Of a DNA stretch of 34,183 bases, positions 1-10,525 are shown in pieces (position 1 is the first letter of the stretch; the number at the start of each line of letters is the position of its first letter). The position numbers and the translations under genes are program-made. This DNA comes from Macrostomum lignano (Eukaryota), in the NCBI GenBank assembly GCA_002269645.1, contig NIVC01004824.1, positions 1 to 34,183 of the forward strand, in the 5' to 3' direction. The notes under the pieces were generated by a model. It did no database searches, had not been told where the DNA came from, and was given only the letters and a program-made list of their open reading frames with translations.

Positions 1-224
1 CTGCACTTTATGAGATGTTGCAACAAATAAAATCCACGGTGCCATTATAGCTTTAGTCGGCCAGCCTGAAGAAAATGAATGCGTCTGTTGTCTCTGTGAA
101 AAGCTCTCAATCGTGCCTTCTATTCTCGCTCATCCTTCCATTTAGCATGACAAACTGAATCTTCTTTTGCCTTGCTTTATCAATATTTTTCTTGGCCAAG
201 AGATAGATTGTGAGATTCATTAGA

Positions 225-1585
225 TAAAAGAGTTGTTAGGGAGGGAGTGTGATTGGAGTTTTAGTAGTGATGGGGATTGCTGATCTAAGAGTGATAGGGA
301 CGGTGATTGGAGAGTGATGGAGAGAGTAATTGTGAGAGTGATGGGGAGTGATTGGGAGATGGATGTGGGAGAGTGATGGAGTGTGGGGGAGAGTGATGAG
401 GAGACGTACATGTATGTGAAGGTGATGGCGAGAGTGATGGAGAGTGATAGGAGAGAGTGATGGGGAGAGGATGGGAGTGATGGAGGTGAGAGTGATGGGG
501 AGAGTGATGGAGAGTGATGGAGAGTGATGGAGAGTGATGGAGAGTGATGGGGAGAGTGATGGAGAGTGATAGGTAGAGTGATGGGAGAGTGATGGAGAGT
601 GATAGGGAGAGTGATGGGGAGTGATAGGTAGAGTGATGGGAGAGTGATGGAGAGTGATGGAGTGATGGGGAAAGTGATGGAGAGTGATGGAGAGTGATAG
701 GTAGAGTGATGGGAGAGTGATGGAGAGTGATAGGGAGAGTGATGGAGAGTGATCGAGAGTGATAGGGAGAGTGATGGGGAGTGATAGGGTAGAGTAGGGA
801 GAGTGATGAGAGTGATGGAGTGATGGGGAAAGTGATGGAGTGATGGAGAGTGATAGGGAGAGTGATGGAGAGTGATGGAGAGTGATAGGGAGAGTGATGG
901 AGAGTGATGAGAGTGATGGGAGAGTGATGGAGAGTGATGGAGAGTGATGGAGAGTGATGGAGAGAGTGATAGGAGAGTGATGGAGAGTGATGGAGAGTGA
1001 TAGGAGAGTGATGGGAGAGTGATGGAGAGTGATAGGAGAGTGATGGGAGAGTGATGGAGAGTGATAGGAGAGTGATGGAGAGTGATGGAGAGTGATAGGT
1101 AGAGTTATGAGAGTGATGGAGAGTGATGGTAGAGTGATAAGGAGAGTGATGGAGAGTGATGCGGAGAGTGATAAAAAGAGTGATGGAGAGTGATGGAGTG
1201 ATGAAGAGAGTGATAGGTAGAGTGATGGGGAGAGTGATGGAGAGTGATGGGGAGAGTGATAAAAAGAGTGATGGAGAGTGATGGAGTGATGAAGAGAGTG
1301 ATAGGTAGAGTGATGGGAGAGTGATGGAGAGTGATGGAGAGTGATAAAAAGAGTGATGGAGAGTGATGGAGTGATGAAGAGAGTGATAGGTAGAGTGATG
1401 GGGAGAGTGATGGAGAGTGATAAAAAGAGTGATGGAGAGTGATGGAGTGAGAGAGTGATATGTAGAGTGATGGGGAGAGTGATGGAGAGTGATGGAGAGT
1501 GATGGGGAGAGTGATGATAGAGAGTGATGGAGTGATGGGGAGTGATTGATTGATAAAGAGAGTGATAAGGAAAGTGATGGGAGTG
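225..1585. repeat. Purine-rich minisatellite, about 10-bp unit GAGAGTGATG with variants
   Basis: Direct inspection of tandem GAGAGTGATG/GAGAGTGATAG units. Confidence 0.95.
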
Positions 1586-1894
1586 GTTGCTAGAATAACT
1601 CGAGATGAAAGACAAACTATATGATGCGATATTGAAACGACGAAAAACGAAAAGCCTCTTGAGCGAGATGCTCTGGGTCGATATATTTTATGAGCTGAGT
1701 GAAAGCGTACAATACACGTGAGCGTAATGTGGGGTGGGGCGATCGGTGAAGAGTGAAATGGTGCGATCAATAATTGGGGACTGTACGTATGAGAAAAATA
1801 AATATTCTAACCTAATGAACGTACATTTAGCTATTGCAAACGAACCCCAGACGCAAAGTACAAGAAATACCACGAGACAGTGGCAGCTCCAGAA

Positions 1895-2190
1895 CAGGGA
1901 GAGTGATGGAGAGTAATGGGAAAAGTGATAAGAAAATTGAGGGAGAGTGATAAGGAGAGTGATAAGAAAAGTGAGGGAGATTGATAAAGAGAGTGATAGG
2001 GAGTGATGAAGAGTGATGGGGAGAGTGATAAGAAGAGTGAGGGAGAGTGATAATGAAAGTGATGGGGAGAGTGATAAGATGAGTGAGGGAGAGTGATAAG
2101 GAAAGTGAAAAGGCGAGTGATGGAAAGTGAGGGAGAGTGATGGGGAGTGGGAGAGTGGGCGAGAGTGAGATAGATAGCAGATAGATAGAT
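1895..2190. repeat. Degenerate continuation of the GAGAGTGAT array, ending in (AGAT)n
   Basis: Same core motif resumes after a ~300-bp unique island. Confidence 0.85.
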
Positions 2191-2349
2191 AGCAGAGATA
2201 GCACAGAGACGTGAACTGTAAGAGCTGAGCTGTTTAGTAAAACGCAGTCATAACTTGAGAACTCAAACTGCTGCTAAAAGCTCAAAGAGGTGTTCCAGCA
2301 GCCAATGTCAGTCACTAGGCAACCAAATCTCCATCCCCCAATTTCCCAG

Positions 2350-5300
2350 GTGCTGAACTCATCCTCAGGCTGCTCCCAGATGCTGGTGCTGAACTCAAGC
2401 TCAGCTCCTGGCTGCCAGCTGCTCAACTGCAGCACCGATGAGCTGCTGAAGGAACTCGCTGCTGAGTGCGGCTCCGCTGTTGTCAATCCACTGGTTGCTA
2501 TGCAGACTGGCGGCCCTAGCAACGGCTCCACCCGACACACAGTGAGGCTGGAACACCTGCAGCCAGGCTCAGAGTACTCAGTGAAAGTGATTCCCGTGAG
2601 CCAGACTCTCAGAGGAACTCCAGCTCAGGTCAAATTCGCCACAACTGGAGGCGGAGGCGGCGGCGGCGGCGGCTCGATGACTATCGTGGTGGCGGTTGCA
2701 GTGTCGGTGCTGGTTGCCATGGCGATTGCGGCTGGCCTGTTGGGCTTGGTGTGGTACCGCAGGCGCAGCAGGTACGGCTTGTCGTGATTTCTGATTAGCT
2801 GGTGGTTGTTTGGGCAAAAATTTCCCATTTGGTGAGGTGGTGGGCTGAGTCTGTAAGATGACTCAGTTGTGTGCATCAGCCATCGCCCAAGGTGGCCGTT
2901 ATAGGCAATAAATTCCGCATCAATCGAACTATACCCTCGATTAGATCGTAGTCTTTTTTCGTTATTTCTCATGTTGTTACTTTTAGTAGCCTAGTTAGTA
3001 GCGTGGTCAGGGCAGGAAAGTCCGGATGTATTTTTAGCTTTATTCGAATTTAATTTAATTTATTTTATCGACTTTTATCGGAATTTCGCTGAACTGGATT
3101 CTACTGACTGGGATTTCCCTGACTGGGATTTCCCTGCCTGTGATTTGCCTGCCTGGAATTTTCTGAATGGGATTCTACTGACTGGGATTTCCCTGCCTGG
3201 GATTTTCCTGCCTGGGATTCTACTGACTGGAATTTTCTGAATGGGATTCTACTGACTGGATTTCCCTGCCTGGGATTCCCCTAATTGGGATTTCCATGAC
3301 TAGAATTCCTCTGTTTGGGGTTCCGATGACTGGGATTTCCTCGCTTGGAATTTCCATGACTTGGATTCACCTGTTTCAGATTCCCGTGACTGGGATTCCC
3401 TGTTTGAGATTCCCGTCACTGGGATTCCCCTGTTTGGTATTCCCATGACTGGGATTATCGTGTTTGAGATTCCCATGACTGGGATTCCCATGACTGGGAT
3501 TCCCATGACTGGGATTTCCATGACTGGGATTCCCATGACTGGGATTTCCGTGTTTGGGATTCTTCTGTTTGGGATTCCCATAACTGGGATTCCCCTGTTT
3601 AGGATTCCCATTACTGGGATTTCCCTGATTGAGAATCCACTAACTGGCATTTCACTGGCTGGGATTCTACTGACTGGAATCCCCGACTGATGTGGGGCAC
3701 TGGGGAATTGAATCAGGATACAGAATATTGGGAATACATGTAATAGAATTGGAGATATCAATTTTAAATTTTTATAAAGTTAGTACATAAGAATTATCGA
3801 TTTTTTACTTTTAAAACAAGTTAGCGTTTATTAACAATTCACTGCATTAGTATTAGCTAAAACCAATATTAATTCTTTTGTTTAATTGTCGAACAATATA
3901 GGAAGGACTCCGTACTCATTGATGAAAATGATAAGCGATATAAGTACGTTTCGTGTGTAGATAATGTGCTTTTTAATAAAGATTTTTCAATAAATTATAT
4001 AATACAGATTTGGGCTTGAAAATGGTGTTCTATTACAATACGACTTTCAAATAAACAACCTACATATCAAAGCTTTATAAACAATCAATATGCTGTATTC
4101 CTATTCATATTGTTCAATTATAAAGCAGCTTTACATGGATCTTGATCTTGAATAAACAAATTTCCAGTCAACCAGACAGCCAAGAGCCAACGACATCCAT
4201 GAGGGAAATTTCTAATGGCATTGCAAATCCCAGAACAGAGCAGAGGCTGCAGACGTCTGTACCGAAGATTTCCTCTCAGAATGGGTAATTATTCATTTTG
4301 CATGCATTTTGTGTGTATAATGACAGACCTGCTGACCCCCTGCTGTAAGGTGAGACAGACCTGCTGACCCCTGCTGTAAGGTGAGACAGACATGCTGACC
4401 CCCTGCTGTAAGGTGAGACAGACCTGCTGACCCCTGCTGTAAGGTGAGACAGACATGCTGACCCCCCTGCTGTAAGGTGAGACAGACATGCTGACCCCCC
4501 TGCTGTAAGGTGAGACAGACCTGCTGACCCCCCTGCTGTAAGGTGAGACAGACATGCTGACCCCCCTGCTGTAAGGTGAGACAGACCTGCTGACCCCCCT
4601 GCTGTAAGGTGAGACAGACATGCTGACCCCCTGCTGTAAGGTGAGACAGACCTGCTGACCCCCCTGCTGTAAGGTGAGACAGACATGCTGACCCCCCTGC
4701 TGTAAGGTGAGACAGACATGCTGACCCCCTGCTGTAAGGTGAGACAGACCTGCTGACCCCTGCTGTAAGGTGAGACAGACATGCTGACCCCCCTGCTGTA
4801 AGGTGAGACAGACCTGCTGACCCCCCTGCTGTAAGGTGAGACAGACATGCTGACCCCCCTGCTGTAAGGTGAGACAGACATGCTGACCCCTGCTGTAAGG
4901 TGAGACAGACCTGCTGACCCCTGCTGTAAGGTGAGACAGACCTGCTGACCCCTGCTGTAAGGTGAGACAGACCTGCTGACCCCTGCTGTAAGGTGAGACA
5001 GACCTGCTGACCCCCCTGCAATAAGGTGAGACAGACCTGCTGACCCCCCTACTGTAAGGTGAGACAGACCTGCTGACCCCTGCTGTAAGGTGAGATAGAC
5101 CTGCTGACCCCCCTACTGTAAGGTGAGACAGACCTGCTGACCCCCCTGCTGTAAGGTGAGACAGACCTGCTGACCCCCCTGCTGTAAGGTGAGACAGACC
5201 TGCTGACCCCTGCTGTAAGGTGAGACAGACCTGCTGACCCCCCTGCTGTAAGGTGAGACAGACATGCTGACCCCCTACTGTAAGGTGAGACAGACCTGCT

Positions 5301-8182
5301 GACCCCTGCTGTAAGGTGAGACAGACCTGCTGACCCCTGCTGTAAGATGAGACAGACCCATTGACCCCCCTACTGTAGAAACAGACAGGCTATAGTTTCA
5401 TTTCAAGCTCATTAAGCACAATAATAATACATTTCTGATGCTGTATTTCTCATTTAATGGCAGCCATAAGCCGCCTCAGCCTCCGCGGATGTCGCCAACT
5501 CAGCCTCAGCCGCCGCCGCTGTCGCCGCCCCAGCCTCCGCAGTCTCCATCACCACCGCTCTCGGTGCCAGCCGCAGAATTTGCCGCCTACGCAAAGAAGC
5601 TCCTGGCGGACGCGGCCTGCCTCAGTGATCAGCAGTACAGCCTGATGAAGCAGGCGGCCATTGAGCAGACTAAATCATTCTCCACCGAAGACGGTCTGGC
5701 TAGCGGCAATCGAGAAAAGAATCGCTACATCAATATTTTACCGTTCGATAATAACCGAGTGAAACTGAGCGGAGATAATGACTATATTAATGCTAGCTAT
5801 GTGAGCGAAGATGCTACTGCTAGTAGTGCACCATTTATCGCTTGCCAAGGTCCCAAGCCGGCTACCGTGTCAGATCATTGGCGCATGATCTGGGAACAGA
5901 TGGTGCCAGTCACTGTCATGCTGACCACCTGCGTTGAGAAAGGAAGGGTGAGCGATAGCTGCGTTTGTTCTTTGATCTGGCGATTCTGTTTTGATGTCGT
6001 AATTGATTGTGTGCTGATGAGAACTTTTAAGGTTGGCTGATCACTCTCCAACTCCTTTTCTCGTGTCTCTCCCCCTCCCTGACTCTCCCCCTCCGCCCTC
6101 TCTCATCTCCCTCTCCCTCTCCTCCCTCTCTCCCCTCTTCTCTTTCTCTCCTCGATCTCTCATCTCCCTCTCTCCTTCCCGTAGCTCCCCTCTTCTCTCC
6201 CTCTTTCAACTCCCTCTCTCCCGACAAAGTGAGAGGCTCCTAACCCAGACATTTTTACCTTAACTTAAATCTAATCTTTAAACATTCTCTCTATTACCCT
6301 AATCTAACCTGAACTCTATCCTAAATTTAAACCTGAACCTAAATCCTCTCTCCCCTTTTCCCTGAATCATGTTCCTCTGTTCTTCTGTCTCATCTTCTCA
6401 TTCTCATTTCCGAATCTTTGGCAGTCAAAGTTATGTCCGTGTTGCTAGGCAACTAAAGCTGACCCCCAATCGGTCTGCAGACCAAATGCGAGCAGTATTG
6501 GCCGGATAGCGAAGGCGAAAGCCTCGAACTGGACTGCGGACTCACTGTGACCCTGCTCAGCGCTGAGAACTGCGGCTCTTATATTGTTCGGAAACTGCGC
6601 CTGATGCCGAATACTGATAATAAAACAACAGATGGCCGAGCGTCCGGCATGGACACTGAGCTGCTGCAGTACATGGAATGGGAGGATCACGCTGTGCCCA
6701 ATCTGGACAATCTGGCCGAGTTTCTCGGCCGGGTGCACCGCTCGCAGCGCAACGGCGGCGGCGGCCGAATCGTGTTGCACTGCAGCGCAGGTGTCGGCCG
6801 CACCGGCACCTTCATCGCGCTGGACCTGCTGGCCCGCCGGCTGCAGGACTGTCAGGAGCGTCAGGAGGTCAGCGTCTACGAGACCGTGTTGCAGCTGCGG
6901 CGCTGTCGGGTGGACATGGTGCAGACCAAGGTATGTGCGGGGCGGTTTGGGATGTCTGCGGGTGCTTGAGGCTAGCCTCCCAGATCCTCAGTTGCTGGGC
7001 CAGCCTCCCAGATCCTCAGTTGCTGATCCAGCCTCCCAGATCCTCAGTTACTGGGCCATCCTCACAGATCCTCAGTTGCTGTGCCAGCCTCCCAGATCCT
7101 CAGTTGCTGTGCCAGCCTCCCAGATCCTCAGTTGCTATGCCAGCCTCCCAGATCCCTAGTTGCTATATGCCAGCCTCCCAGATCCTCAGTTGCTATGCCA
7201 GCCTCCCAGATCCCTAGTTGCTATGCCAGCCTCCCAGATCCTCAGTTGCTATGCCAGCCTCCCAGATCCCCAGTTGCTATGCCAGCCTCCCAGATCCTCA
7301 GTTGCTATGCCAGCCTCACAGAGTGTCAGTTGCTATGCCAGCCTCCCAGATCCCCAGTTGCTATGCCAGCCTCACAGAGTGTCAGTTGCTATGCCAGCCT
7401 CCCAGATCCCCAGTTGCTATGCCAGCCTCCCAGATCCCCAGTTGCTATGCCAGCCTCCCAGATCCCCAGTTGCTATGCCAGCCTCACAGAGTGTCAGTTG
7501 CTATGCCAGCCTCCCAGATCCCCAGTTGCTATGCCAGCCTCACAGAGTGTCAGTTGCTATGCCAGCCTCCCAGATCCCCAGTTGCTATGCCAGCCTCACA
7601 GAGTGTCAGTTGCTATGCCAGCCTCCCAGATCCCCAGTTGCTATGCCAGCCTCCCAGATCCCCAGTTGCTATGCCAGCCTCACAGATCCTCAGTTGCTAA
7701 GCCAGCTTCCCAGATCCTCAGTTGCTGGGCCAGCCTCACAGATCCTCAGTTGCTATGCCAGCCTCCCAGATCCCCAGTTGCTATGCCAGCCTCACAGATC
7801 CTCAGTTGCTAAGCCAGCTTCCCAGATCCTGGACTACAAGCCGCTATCATTCCCAAGGCAGTGCAATCCCATTTAAATCCCTCACCCTGGCCGCATTTCA
7901 GCACCAGTACGCCTTCATCTATAAATTTCTGCTGAATTTTGTGCAGAAAAAGCAACGAATCAGCGCATTCAATGGTGAGTTTTACAATTTGAATATAGAA
8001 ACTGCCGTTTATTTTTAAAACCGAAATCCGACGTGATTACTAACAGTAGCTAACCGCCAACAATTGGCGCAGATTCGCTTACTGATGAGTCATCGAACGA
8101 TCCAGTTTATGTCAGGGCCACCTCCGCCACCACTGCGGCTGGTCGCGATAACGAAGCATTCGATGCTACTAATGAAGCTTAA
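2350..8182 (+). CDS. Receptor-type protein tyrosine phosphatase (FN3 + TM + single PTP domain, R3/PTP10D-like architecture), 5'-incomplete; exons join(2350..2771,5464..5947,6481..6930,7902..7974,8073..8182)
   Basis: The FN3 C-terminal half (HTVRLEHLQPGSEYSVKVIPV), TM helix (MTIVVAVAVSVLVAMAIAAGLLGLVWY) and RRRS stop-transfer are followed by PTP motifs KNRYINILPFD, DYINASYV, FIACQGP, KCEQYWP, HCSAGVGRTG and MVQTKHQY. All introns are GT-AG with matching phases (2,0,0,1) and the join is 1539 nt = 513 codons. The acceptor at 2349 is the least certain (2505 is an in-frame alternative) and the last acceptor (8072 vs 8105) is also uncertain. Confidence 0.9.
3105..3690. repeat. Intronic 15-bp minisatellite CTGGGATTCCCATGA
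   Basis: 15-bp periodicity, matching the IPMTG periodicity of the spurious ORF. Confidence 0.92.
4320..5375. repeat. Intronic 31-33-bp minisatellite CAGACCTGCTGACCCC(CC)TGCTGTAAGGTGAGA, about 33 copies
   Basis: Near-perfect tandem units varying in C-run length. Confidence 0.95.
6040..6225. repeat. CT-rich low-complexity intronic tract
   Basis: Almost pure pyrimidine sequence within the 5948..6480 intron. Confidence 0.8.
6441..6453. promoter_or_regulatory. RFX-type palindrome GTTGCTAGGCAAC (intronic)
   Basis: Matches the GTTGCYNGGCAAC RFX/EF-C site. Confidence 0.45.
6970..7830. repeat. Intronic 28-bp minisatellite GCCAGCCTCCCAGATCCTCAGTTGCTAT
   Basis: 28-bp period measured (7083 to 7111). 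Confidence 0.95.
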
Positions 8183-8631
8183 TGAAAATCTGGGTGTGAT
8201 ATAATTTACCTTTAAAGTGATGTTACCGATTCAAGCTCAAATTGTTATTCTAGATAATTGTGCAGATTTTTATCTGGCGCTTTAAGCGATAAAGACAGTT
8301 TCTTTCTTGGAAATTATGTATTTTTATATATATTCATTGCGTCTCTAACTGTTTTGGTGCTTATTCTGTGCAATATTTGATATTTTTGCTATTTCTATCG
8401 TTTCTTATAGATTAGCGTTAATGTCCGTTTTTATCGCTATTTTATGTTTTTAATCATCCACTTTATACTTAGGACTATATTTTTCGCTATGTACACTACT
8501 TATTGATATTCTAGTGAGTAGGCCTGGAAGTAAATATTGTTTTGTATTTTTCTACGATTTCCTAGATAGAGATTATTTGTACTTTACGATTTGTATTTTT
8601 CATAAAAACTTTTTCACAGAACAACCAGAAC

Positions 8632-8945
8632 ATTCTATGGAGGGAGAGGAGATTATATGGAGGAAGAGGAGATTCTTTGGAGGGAGAAGAGATTCTATAG
8701 AGGGAGAGGAGATTCTATGGAGAGAGAGGAGATTATATGGAGGGAGAGGAGATTCTATAGAGGGAGAGGAGATTCTATGGAGAGAGAGGAGATTATATGG
8801 AGGGAGAGGAGATTCTATGGAGGGAGAGGAGATTCTATAGAGAGAGAGAAGATTCTATGGAGGGAGAGAAGATTCTATGGAGGGAGAGGAGATTCTATGG
8901 AGGGAGAGGAGAATCTATGGAGGAGGGTGAGAAGGAAGTTCTATG
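8632..8945. repeat. 20-bp minisatellite GGAGGGAGAGGAGATTCTAT
   Basis: 20-bp period visible. Confidence 0.92.
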
Positions 8946-9019
8946 AGGGTAAGAAGATACTATGAGTTGAAGAAGATTTTCATTTTTAGTATATAGGATA
9001 TATGGTGAGATGGAGATTC

Positions 9020-9195
9020 TCTGGGAGAGAAGTAGATACTACTTGGATAGAGAAGTAGACACTACTTGGATAGAAAATTAGACCCCACTGGATCGAGAAG
9101 TAGACCCTACTGGATAGAGAAGTAGACCCTACTGGATAGAGAAGTAGACCCTACTGGATAGAGAAGTAGACCCTACTGGGTGGAGAAGTAGACGA
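9020..9195. repeat. 22-bp minisatellite AGTAGACCCTACTGGATAGAGA
   Basis: 22-bp period (9121 to 9143). Confidence 0.88.
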
Positions 9196-9844
9196 GATGG
9201 AGCTTTAAGGCTGTAATAATTGCATAATATCTAACGATATTATTCTCGCTGCGCTAAATAAATATTTTATTTTTTATAACTTTAAGTTAACAGTTAAAAT
9301 TTTGACAATCATTCTGTTTAATTTTGCCGTATTTTTTTATATGCTTGCTTTAATAAGAAACATTCCAGTTTATACTATTGAACTCTCTGCCAATATCGGT
9401 GCAATGTGTATTCTGAAGACTTTCTATTTGCAATTTTATTTAATTTAAATATATAAGAACGTAAATTATTTAAGAGACAAGATTATGATTTACAATAATG
9501 TATTGCTTTTTGCTTTTTGAATAAAAATAGATGTCAAATAAAATAAAGATATAAAGATTGAAGACTTTTTCTAGGCGGTTCGGAATGCACGCTAATTTAT
9601 ACTTCAGCTCAGGAGTAGTATAAATAGTGTTTTCTATGCTTCTTGTGGAAATTTTCCCAGAATAGTCAAGGGTGAGGAGATTTTCGAAGGGTGAAAATGA
9701 GATTCTAGAAAATTGAGGAGATTCAATGGAGCGTGCGAAAGATAATCTATAGAGGGAGAGAAGGTGATTATATGGAGGGTGGGGAGGTTGTATAGAGGGA
9801 GAGAAGGATATTCTATGTAGGGTGAGGAAATTACTATGGTCATT

Positions 9845-10035
9845 GAGGGTGAGAGGAGATTCTGTAGAGGGTGAGAAGAGATTCTATGGAGGTGTAGATG
9901 GAGATTCTATGGAGGGGGAGACGGATATTCTATAGAGGGTGAGACGGATATTCTATAGAGGGTGAGACGGATATTCTATAGAGGGTGAGAAGAAGATTCT
10001 TTGGAGGTTGAGAAGGAGATTCTACTGGGTGAGGA
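9845..10035. repeat. Degenerate 23-bp minisatellite AGAGGGTGAGACGGATATTCTAT
   Basis: 23-bp period (9931 to 9954); related to the 8632 array. Confidence 0.8.
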
Positions 10036-10525
10036 GATTCTATCAAGATGAGATGTAGACCCTACTTAGTAGAGAAGTAGACTTCGCCTAGAAAAATTTA
10101 GTCTTTTAAAATCAGCAACCTTTACACGGTAGATTTCCTACTCTAAGTAGTATAAAATACCTAAAAAAGAAGTGTATATAACATTGTAAGCTCGAGCGCA
10201 TTAAGCGAGGTCCGTTCACCACCCCACTGTAACCCTGTATACTCACACTAGCCAGCTAGTATATTCAAGCATTTGAGCATTTTAGAGAGAGAAGGGTGGG
10301 GAGGGAGAAAGAGAGACAGGCAGACTGTCAGTAGCTATAGCACAATGGACAGTGGATACGTACGCTGCAGATAGAGTAGCTAACACAGTAGTGTGGGTGG
10401 GGTATATTGGGTGCGACCGGACCCACCCAGTTCCTAACAATATTTCTGTCAAATTTTATGAGCTCCTATATTCCAAAAAGGGCCGCCTGTCTACTATTAA
10501 ATTATTCAACTATTGTTATTCTACC

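Noticed and set aside
1586-1897. Unique island within the first array, possible upstream PTP exon (AIANEPQTQSTRNTTRQWQ)
   Set aside because: There is a plausible TTTAG acceptor but no convincing donor and no recognisable FN3 motif.
220-2204. His/Ser/Leu/Ile-rich minus-strand ORFs
   Set aside because: Artefacts of the GAGAGTGATG array.
2707-2730. X-box-like GTTGCCATGGCGAT
   Set aside because: It lies in the coding TM exon (VAMAI) and is explained by the protein sequence.
10352-10525. N-terminal extension of the LHFPL ORF from a GTG start
   Set aside because: Family similarity begins after the ATG at 10526. The upstream part is AT-rich and looks like UTR.
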